Positions 32,778 through 42,520 of a stretch of 64,000 nt of DNA are shown in pieces; position 1 is the first letter of the stretch; each line of letters opens with the position of its first letter. Source of the stretch: Podarcis muralis (lineage: Eukaryota); assembly GCF_964188315.1 (NCBI RefSeq), contig NC_135659.1, forward strand, positions 84,630,001-84,694,000, in the 5' to 3' direction. Made by a program: the position numbers and the translations under genes. Below the pieces are notes generated by a model. The model did no database searches and had not been told where the DNA came from. It worked only from the letters and a program-made list of their open reading frames with translations.

Positions 32778-33247
32778 TTGTTGTTTAGTCGTTTAGTCGT
32801 GTCCGACTCTTCGTGACCCCATGGACCAGAGCACACCAGGCACTCCTGTCTTCCACTGCCTCCCGCAGTTTGGTCAAACTCATGCTGGTAGCTTCGAGAA
32901 CACTGTCCAACCATCTCGTCCTCTGTCATCCCCTTCTCCTTGTGCCCTCCATCTTTCCCAACATCAGGGTCTTTTCCAGGGAGTCTTCTCTTCTCATGAG
33001 GTGGCCAAAGTATTGGAGCCTCAGCTTCAGAATCTGTCCTTCCAGTGAGCACTCAGGGCTGATTTCCTTCAGAATGGATAGGTTTGATCTTCTTGCAGTC
33101 CATGGGACTCTCCAGAGTCTCATTCAGCACCATAATTCAAAAGCATCAATTCTTCGGCAGTCAGCCTCCTTTATGGTCCAGCTCTCACTTCCATACATCA
33201 CTACTGGGGAAAGCATAGCTTTAACTATACGGACCTTTGTTGGCAAT
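32778..33247 (-). mobile_element. BovB (RTE) LINE 3' end
   Basis: Reverse complement highly similar to 25541-25934; ORF 32926-33123. Confidence 0.95.
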
Positions 33248-34239
33248 GTGGTGGTGATGATTATGGTGGTGATGATGATTATTCAGGAGGATCCTTGAGA
33301 GAAAGTACAGTACATTTATTTGAAAACAGTCAATGCAATTTCCAAATAGGTCCTCCTCTGCTTTAAAAAACGTTCTGGCTGTTTTCACTCCTATTCTTGT
33401 CTAAGGATCCACTTGAGCCAAGTCATAAATATTTTGCCAAGCACAAGATGAAGAAAATATAGTGTGATTAAAAAAAAGCAGGTGTCATTAATTTCATTCC
33501 AAAATCTATAGTTTCAACTGCAGAATAAAACATTTAAATCCCAGTCAAGCCCGTTCCATTGGACAAGTGAAGGGGAGGGGGTGGGAATGCAGGGCTGATT
33601 GCTCACTACTTTATTTATTAATTATTCTCCATCATCATCAGTGCCACTAAATGTGCAAAAACCCTTTTGGCAACTCGTGTGGGCTTTCCCCCAGACTTGG
33701 AAATAAAAAATAATAAAAATAAAGCTAAATTACTTTCCCCTACTTAGTTATAAATAGCAGAAGGAGCAAGCCTGCAGATCCTGTGCAGTGTCAGTTCTGC
33801 TCAGAATTGTAAACGGACTCTGGCTGATGTATAAAAATGGACACCAGATTTTTCTTCTCTCTCTCCCCCCCCCCGCCCCAGCCTTTGTAATCCCACCCCC
33901 AATCCTTCTTAAAAGGCATTCTGTTCTGCCAGCCACAATGACATCTGCTGGTGGAGACAGGAAGCCATAAATCTGTAGATCTCCTCTCAACCAAGCCTTG
34001 TTAATGCTTCCATTTATTTTGTGTGTGTGTGTGTGTTTTAAAAAAAGAAAATCCAGGATAGGACTCCATCTCATTACTGCCATACTTATAAGTCTGTCTC
34101 TGCATTGTATCCTTCCCTAAGACACTCACAGATTTTTTTCTTACGTTGCATATTGAAACCTACAGTCACAGGAGTGACATACCATGGTGGAACCAGCACA
34201 TGCCCTTTGGATTACAGCAATGGTTCTGGTGTAAAATAA

Positions 34240-34316
34240 TAACATAACAACATAACATAACATAACATAACATAACATAACATAACATAACATAACATAA
34301 CATAACATAACATAAC
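34240..34316. repeat. (AACAT)n pentanucleotide microsatellite
   Basis: Direct reading. Confidence 0.95.
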
Positions 34317-35068
34317 CCATTCTTTAGTTGTCAACCCATGTCTAAGCTGTTTAACCATTCCCATGTTCCTGATCATGAGAAGAACCTCTTATGAAAAGAA
34401 CCTTCTTCTAGTAAAATCCGCAGTACTGAAACAAATTATGACATGGGATTTCTCCATATTATATCCACAACATTTGGACCCCTATGTCACAAAAGGTGGC
34501 ACCACAAGTGAAATGGAGCATTCGGGTGTTCCATTTTAGGGGGTGAAACTTAATTTTTGCACATTTCAGTGAGGGGTCTTAAAAATATGGTTTTGGGTGT
34601 GAAGAATTCAAATCTGCTATTATTTTTGTAAATGGACAACATTTCATTTGCTAAGTCTGTGCTTGGTGAAAAAGCACATAAACTACTTTCGGAAAACCAA
34701 AGGATTTTAATTTTTTACCTTCTGGAAATGTCAGGTCATGCTAAATAATTGCAATAATAATAACTAAATAAAAATAATATCAATGTATAACAGCAAGTAC
34801 TTGAGAATCATTTTAAATTATTTCTGTGCAATTTTACACACATTCCACTTAGAAAGCAAAACTAAATTATATTAATTTAACCAAAATATATTTTGAATTC
34901 CCAAGTTGTGTTTTTAGCACCCCTCATTTTGGGTATCTGAAAGCTGAAGAATTAGACACAGTCTAATTGGAGCATTCCAAAGAAATGTGGAAAAATTGAG
35001 AAAAATCAACCCAGTGTCTCAAGTAGCAACGGTTTTCAGAAACCACAAAATTATCCCACAACAGTGCA

Positions 35069-35159
35069 TAGGGTTGCCATATTTCCAACAGCATAAATGA
35101 ACTTGGGGGGGGGGGGGCGTTGTTGAGCTTTTTGGGCCAAATCTCAAATGGCAACCCTA
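35069..35159. mobile_element. 91-bp hAT MITE
   Basis: TIRs TAGGGTTGCCAT / ATGGCAACCCTA; TSD ACAGTGCA / AAAGTGCA. Confidence 0.8.
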
Positions 35160-37353
35160 AAAGTGCAGAAAGCTTCTGTTCGGATTTCAGTGGAGGGTAA
35201 GATGCCATGATATTATTTCAGTAGACTCACAGCCAATTTCAAACCCTTGCAAGATTAAATTGTGAATAATATTAATAATAATAATAATAATAATGGTGGT
35301 GGTGCTGTGCGTAATTGTTTTAGCTGCTTTTTCTCCTCATAATATGCTATCAACCCTCTTGTTTCATTTTTAGGGCAAATGATTTATATCTTTGGCATGA
35401 GTCTGCAGCACAAATGGGTGACTTTCCCTGGGCTCCACATTGCAGCGGCTTGGAAAATAAGCCAAGTGTCTGTTAAAAGCAAGAACTGGAAAATGCCTTG
35501 GCTTGTTTTCTAGGCCAAACCAACCTCAGAAATTGTCTGCCCATTTTACCTTCCCCACCTAACGTCAACCGGCCCACCCACCCACCCACTCACTCACTCA
35601 CACACTCTTCCCTGCAGCCACATTCCCTGAAACACTAAAATTATTGCCGTGATTTTATTGCCTTTGTTGGTTTTGACTTGACTGTAAAATGCCTCGCAGG
35701 GGGCTGAGGTCTTTGTTAGGGCTCAAAGGCAATCTAGAAAGGGTCTTGTAAGATAAATAAGTATTTATAACTAATAAGTTTGCATTTGCTTGTATGCAGC
35801 ACCTCTGCAAGAAGTGGCTTTGTTGATTTGACGCAAGTGTGCTAGGTGCTGCATTTATTGCAGGACTTAATAGCAACCGCATCTGACTCTTGTATTTTAC
35901 TCCACCTCTGGAGGGGGAAAAATTGATATTGTTTGTTCATTTATTATTAAAATGTATACATTGCTAGATATATTTTTTTAAAAATTTTTTTTTACTAAAG
36001 ATAAAACAGTAAAATTACAACTATACTCTAAACCATACAAAAGTTAGAATTCTAAAATTATCTCAACCTTCTAATCTGGGTAGGCTTTATCTAAACAAGA
36101 ATGTTTTTAGCAGGCATTGAAAAGGTTACACTGAAGGCAGCTGCTTTATATCAATAGGCAGGGAGTTCCAAGGTGTTTCCCACACCTGTGTCCATGTTCT
36201 TACAAATGCAGGATTAGTATTCTGCAGCACCTGTATCCGTGCCAATTTACATGACCAGCTGCATCAAGATAGGAACGAAAGAGATGAATCTAGAAGCAAG
36301 CGTTTGCCAGACTACTTCAAGCCACTTATGCCTGTAAATTGTAACTCCAGTGTTTACTTCCACAATGTTTACTTCCACAAGGGTTGTTAGGAAGGAATTA
36401 ATTTCATCTAAGGTCAGTACAGTAGCTCACAATCTTCAAAACTGCTTAACAGCTCTAGATTATGTGAAGTAGAGAGTGCCACTGAGCATCTTCAAAGTGT
36501 CTTTTATTCACCAAGGAAAGTTAGTTCTCTCTCTCTCTCTCTCTCTCCATGCTTTATTGGAATGCACTATTTATTTTATAGGTGCTCTAAAACAGTGCTT
36601 ATTTATGATTTCTTTTATAATTTTCTTATACTGCTTGATTGTAGAAAACCCTTTAAGCTGTATATTATGATCCCCATCAGTTATGATCCCCATCACGACT
36701 GGGAGACAGGCAGCTATCATTGTCATTTCTTTCTTGTGGGCTTTCCATAGACATCTGGCAGCAGCTGAGAGAGCAGAATGCTGAAACCGAAGAGGTATTT
36801 GGTCTGGTCCTGCAGGTTGTGTGTGGCAAAAAGTTGTGCATCACACAGAAACACATCCCTTTTACCTGTTGAAAATCCAAGGCTTGCCTCCTAAAATGTC
36901 GCTTCTGCCCAAAATCCAGGCTAGAGGGGTGAAAAAAGCTTCATATTTAAGTAATGTTGTGTTGTGGGAAGTTCTGTTTCTTAGGGACACTGGTGCTTCA
37001 GTTTGATCATTTTAATTTCCCAGGACTAAAGGGTAAATCAAGGATTCCACCAAACTTTAATAGGGGAGTCTCCAAGGGGTTAAGAATCTAAGGGTGCTAA
37101 ATGGGGTGGAGGATAAAAGAGGAAAAATGGAATAAAAATTATGTAAATTAAAAACAAAACAAAACTGATAACATCCATAATAAACCAGTTCAGAAATTGC
37201 ATTTTGTGGTGGTTCTCTTTCCCCTGCCCCCAGTCACCTGTTGGAAATGTTTATTTGTTAAGAAGGTGCCGCATCATAGACTGGAATGGATGAGAGGAGC
37301 AAAGCTTATTTTCTGTTGGGGTGCTGATGGTGTCCCTGGGGCTTTGTCTAGGA

Positions 37354-37489
37354 CAGGCATCCCCAAACTCGGCCCTCCAGCTGTTTTGGGACTACAGTTC
37401 CCATCATCCCTGACCACTGGTCCTGTTAGCTAGGGATGATGGGAGTTGTAGTCCCAAAACAGCTGGAGGGCCGAGTTTGGGGATGCCTG
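37354..37489. mobile_element. hAT (Charlie-type) MITE, 136 bp
   Basis: Long perfect TIRs CAGGCATCCCCAAACTCGGCCCTCCAGCTGTTTTGGGACTACA; perfect TSD GTCTAGGA. Confidence 0.95.
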
Positions 37490-38257
37490 GTCTAGGAGGC
37501 AAGAAAACTTGACTCCCAAGTCATAGGGGAGTTTACTATGGAAAAGTGGGCTTCCCCAACCAAATATCAGACCCGGCTGCTGTAGTCTTGAGTGAATTTA
37601 CAGTATGATAGGCTTAACTTTTGGGGTGTCCTGGTTTTTACTTTTTGAAATATAGCAACCCTACAGTATGAGGTGACCTGTCCTGCACCTGATTTCTCCT
37701 TTGTGCAGTCAGACTGGTTTACTATTTTTACTGAGATAGGGCAGCTTTTGCTACACACTTCCAAGAGCATTCTGGGCAAGTAACAGCGCATCAGGTGACC
37801 ATTTCAGCATGTGGCCATCATCTTTAATGGACATTCAGCAGTCAGCTAGCACTGATTCTTTTATTCTTCAGTGGCCACAGAGGCACTGGACTCTGCAAAG
37901 GACACGACTTCTTAACGGTAGTTAAAAAGTTTGAATCAGACTTTCTGGTGTGTGAGATGGCTCTCGTACGCATTGAATGTTTTCCAAGGTGTGGATCAGA
38001 TTTCCCTTCTTCACCCTGATGTTTTCTCAGAACTTCCACAAGAACAGATGCTGGATCTTTGTATCTGACAGGCACGTTTGAAGAAGACAAAAGAAGCACC
38101 TCAAAAACCTGCTCCCCGCCCAAGTTAATCTCACTACCTTCTTCCTCCTCAAACCATCCTCCATCCCAAGAGAAACCCAACTCTGGACTGTCTGCCCTAC
38201 TGTTGGAGCTTCTGAAGCTGTTGTACCTGCAGTGAGACCTGATGCTGCTGACCTTGC

Positions 38258-38750
38258 TAGAATCGTAGAAATTAAAGGGACATACAGGCAGTCTAGTCCA
38301 ATCTCCTGTTCATGTGGGAATCCTGCCTCTATGGCATCTTTGATAGGAGGGCTAGAAAGCCTCAGCTCTAAAGCCTCAAAGTGATCGTTCTACTGTCAAG
38401 CACCTCATACCATCAAGAAGTTATTTCTGGTGTTTGGTCAAAATCTCCTTCCATCTAATTTGAACCCATTGTTTCATCTAGAGTGACAGAAATTTGCTCC
38501 ATTATCTTATGTGACAAGTGCTTCAAACAGTCTTTCCTCCCCCCCCCCCCCAACTAATGGTACCCTAATCCTTCAATCTTTCCCATCTTCATCATCTGCC
38601 TCCTGGACATATTTAAGTATTTTAATATCCTTAAATGGTGGTGCCCAGAACGGCACACACACTCCTCAATGTAAAGTCTGACCAAAGCCGAAAAATTAGG
38701 GACCATCTTATAAGCTCCTGTTGATGTAGCCTTCAATTGCATTAGCATTT
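38258..38750 (-). mobile_element. Degenerate CR1 3' fragment
   Basis: AGAATCGTAGAA tail, AAGAAGTTATTTCTGGTGTTT..TTTGAACCCATTG, GGTGCCCAGAAC.G.ACAC motifs match the young CR1. Confidence 0.7.
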
Positions 38751-38774
38751 TTAATAATGCATCACACTGCCAGA

Positions 38775-38950
38775 CTCCTCCATTGTCTCTCGAGACAGAC
38801 GGATGCCAACCTACGCTGCTGAATGATTAGTTTGGCAGGGCCTGCACCGGTTGCCTCTGCTTCCAAAGGGAAAGTGATGGGAGAATCAGGGCCTTTTTGG
38901 TGATGGCACCTCATCTGTGGAAAGTTTTTTCCATGGATGCTCACCTGCTT
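38775..38950 (+). mobile_element. Degenerate L2 ORF2 C-terminal fragment
   Basis: AGGGCCTTTTTGGTGATGGCACCTCATCTGTGGAA (RAFxVxAPxLW). Confidence 0.55.
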
Positions 38951-39077
38951 TATTGGGGGGGGGGGTCCAATGACTATAATTTTATTATCTCATTATTTTA
39001 ATAGTCTTTGCATATGGTTGTGCTGGCTGAAGCTGGTGGGCATTGTAGTTCAAATCATCTAGACAGTTGCCAAAGGC

Positions 39078-39105
39078 TGTAGTAGTAGTAGTAGTAGTAA
39101 TAAAT

Positions 39106-39159
<54 letters not shown>

Positions 39160-39232
39160 AATATATTTATACTCCGCCCATCTGGCTGGGTTTCCCCAGT
39201 CATTCTGGGTGGCTCCCAAGAGAATATTCTAA
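39078..39232 (-). mobile_element. L2 subfamily A tail with compound (AGT)n/(AAT)n/(AAC)n microsatellite
   Basis: CCGCCCATCTGGCTGGGTTTCCCCAGTCATTCTGGG next to the repeat. Confidence 0.85.
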
Positions 39233-41589
39233 TGGAACATTTGCTTGTCTTCATTTTACACTCCCTGCTTCTTTTATCATGAGACTTGTCTTGATTTTTA
39301 AAACATTGTTGAACCCCTTGATAATATCTATGCCCCCTTGATAATTTCTAGGGAGAAATTAATGCTTTATACTGAAGTATACCTTGTGAATGTGAGCTTA
39401 ATCTGTAATGTAACAGGTTTTCCAAGTCTGTTTTGATGCCATGTGGGTGACTGCATACAAGACCTAACATCTGTAGCTGCATCTGTCCTAGAAAGCAACA
39501 TTTTATGTTTCACAATTGGGTTTTTTTATTCAATAACATTTGCAATTTATTTATTTGTTGTTTTTTTTAAAAATCTTGATATAAGGTGAGATGAAATCTT
39601 TGCTTTAAATAATGAAAAATAAGATACATCCAAAGCTCACCAAAATGGCACTGGGAAGAAGCAAGATTTCTCGTCAAAGCCTTTGTCCAAAGGATCCCCC
39701 ATGAACTCAGTTTGACAACTACATTCCACATCCTGCTCATAATTGCAATAGAGGTTCTAGTTTGGGGTGGTAGAATCTCACATTCCGATTGACAAAATAA
39801 CTGTGGACTGAATACAAGGGGAAACAGAACATCATGCAAAAGGAGCATTGTCTTGAGAAAAAATGTCAAGAGCTCCAGCAACATAAACGGAGACTGGTTT
39901 CTTTGGCAGAGAATTGGTAAGGCTTTCTTTTGTCTATAGCTCTTGTTAGATGCATCTTTGACTGTTATTTATGGGGGCGGAGATTACTCCCAGAAAACAA
40001 CTGTGTTGCTGAAAGTGGTATGATGCACAAAAGCTTTAGCACTTGGTACTGGACCACTGAATAAATATTGCACATTTGTGGATATTTAAATCTATTGCAC
40101 ACCAAAAGATAATGACCCCATCTCATTGTACAGAGAAGCTGATGTGGAGATTCTGGTGAATCAATGGCTGATGGTGGCACGAGACAGCCGCGATTCTTCA
40201 CTGATCTAAGACCAGCCTTGTTTGATCCACTCCACCAAACGGCCTCTCCCAGCTACCTCAGACACCTCACTGCTTTTTGCTGTTTTTTCTCCATCCTCTT
40301 CTGTTCTCCATTAATGCAGCTGAATGTACAATCGCATCCAAAACTGCCGCTCCTCCAGATGTTTCCAATATATCTGGATCACTCTCCGATAAGTGGGACT
40401 GTAATGTTACTTCCTCCTTCGGGCCACTTCACACAAGATGATTTCCTTCTTGGTTATCACTTCCAGGTGGCTAAGCTGTATGTATGCCATATCGTGTGGC
40501 GGACAAACACGTGTGCACTGAGATTTGGTGTACGCAGAGCAGGAAGCTGTGACGGGCAGGAGGCTCCCACCAGATGTGTACACTTGTCCAAATGCACGTT
40601 GTGGCGTCCACGCATTTTGTTTCTTCTCCTTCCTACGCCAAAGCGATGCTTTTGGAGGGAAAGCCTCGAGGATTGTGTTGCCCTTGTTTCACCCTCTTTC
40701 TTCTTCCTCCTTCTCCTCCTCCTCCCACTCACCTCTCCATAGCCTCCTCCACTTCGAGGGGTTTTCTCTCATTGCCTCCCAGCTGCAAGCAGCTACAGCC
40801 TTCATCTGGCTATCGCCGCCAAACACCTGGGCAAAACAGAGGAAAAGGAAATAAAGGAAACTTCATACAGTTTGTTCCAGAGGCAACCCAACACCTCCTG
40901 GGTGTCTTTCTCTGATGGTGAGAACTTGTCAGCAATCTATTTTCAAAAGTGTGGGAAAGAGAGAACTTTATCATGTACCATCCTCCCAAGTGTGTGTGTG
41001 AAAGAGAGGGAATCAGATAGAATGGCTTGTGGTTTTTTTGTTTTTAAACCCTTTCTAATATTCAGGATAGTGTATGTGTGAGAGCAGGGGTATAGATATC
41101 TCATGCAATCCCTGGCAAGGCAGAGGCACTCTGAACATGCTCAGATGCACTGTCCACTTCACCTCATCAGCTGCTTGTCAAGGCTGGATCCTGCATGGAA
41201 TCGATCTTCCAGTGCCCTGATTGGGATGGGGGGGGGGCACAATTTGGTCCAGTTTCCTGCAGTGATGGGAAAGGGGGGCTAGCCAGGAGAGGATCGTATT
41301 ATTTGGGGGGGGGGGTGAGGAGAGAGGTGAGGTGAGTACACAAACAGGTTGGCACTGGAGGAGGAGCGATTGCTTGAATAAGGTGGTCTCTTTCGCTCCT
41401 TCCGTCCCCCTCCCGCCGAAGTGCCTGTGATCAGCAAAGCCCTGTCTCTTTAATAAACTGACTGCCTTCTGTCTGCTCGGAGTAAATTTCATCCTGTCAT
41501 CAGGTCGCGGAGGAGGAGTTTGTTAATGTACAGTTTGCTCAGTGGATCGATGTTCGCTGGCATCGCCTCGCCCTGCCTGTGCTTGTGCC

Positions 41590-42480
41590 TGTGTGTGTGT
41601 GTGTGGATGTGCGTGTGTGGATGTGTGTGGTTGTGCGTGTGGATGTGTGTGGATGTGCGCGTGTGTGTGTGTGAACACCAGATTTCCTCCCATCCAAAGC
41701 TTCTCTGTCCTCTTCCATATCACTCACAACCTGGCATCTGACAGCAACAAACCTGCGGTTTTCTCAGCCAACACTCACCAATCCGCCATATAGATCTACG
41801 CGAAGGAGGCGACGAGGAAAGGGGGGGGGGGAGAGAGAAATAAGAGAAATAAGAGAGAGGGGGGGTGAGAGGGAAAGAGAGGAAATAGGGGGGGAAACAA
41901 CCGCCTGAGCTGCTTTTTTTTTTTAAAAAAAAAAATATTTTGCATATCTATATTTTGCTATTTATTGATCACTTTTCAAAAAAAACAAAAATAAAATAAA
42001 TCCCGGCACCTTTTTTTTCCCTTTTCTTTTTTGCATTTGATGTTCCTGGGTGTTTTGCATCAAAGCAAGTCTTGCAACAGTTCAAACAAGACCAAAAAAG
42101 AGAGATAGATAGAAAAGCAGCCGCTCCCCACCCCCCCACACATTCCCGGTTTCCCTTTCCTTTTTAAAATTAAATCCTAAGAATCAGAATCCGAACAGGT
42201 TGATCTCGTCAGAGAAGTGCCAAAGAAGAGAGACGGGTGCTTAGTGCTGCCGGCGGTGGGTCGCTGAGGAGGCAAAGCGGCGGAGGGGAGGAAAGGAAGA
42301 GAGAGGGAGAGAGGAGAGAGAGAGAGAGAGGGAGGGAGGGGAAGGGAGAGAGAAAAAAAACACAGACACACGCGCACACACAGAAAGAGAGAGAGAGGGA
42401 GAGAGACAGAAAACAAGCCCCGCGAGCTTCCAAGGCTCCTCGGATCTGGAAAGAGAAGTGAGACTGGAGAAAGTACAGCG
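41590..42480 (+). other. TSHZ2: Probable long 5'UTR of TSHZ2 starting in a (GT)-rich repeat
   Basis: Blocks such as CCAGATTT..CATATCACTCACA..ATCTGACAGCA..AATCCGCCATA and AGAAGTG.GACTGGAG before the ATG match my recollection of the mammalian TSHZ2 5'UTR (not verified by alignment); TSS position is inferred. Confidence 0.6.
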
Positions 42481-42520
42481 ATGCCAAGGAGGAAACAGCA
42501 GGCACCCAAACGGGCAGCAG
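42481..42520 (+). CDS. TSHZ2: Teashirt homolog 2, coding part of exon 1 (13 codons + 1 nt, phase 1)
   Basis: ATG..MPRRKQQAPKRAA-G followed by canonical donor CAG|GTAAGG; MPRRKQQAP is the TSHZ family N-terminus and KRAA-G is the TSHZ2 variant; purine at -3 (GCGATGC). Confidence 0.93.

Noticed and set aside
34470-34930. Possible old DNA transposon/transposase remnant
   Set aside because: No TIR pair, TSD or translatable motif could be established by eye
40164-40742. 192-aa ATG-initiated ORF upstream of the promoter
   Set aside because: No domain, low-complexity C-terminus from a CT-rich tract, and overlapping ORFs in several frames as expected for GC-richer non-coding DNA
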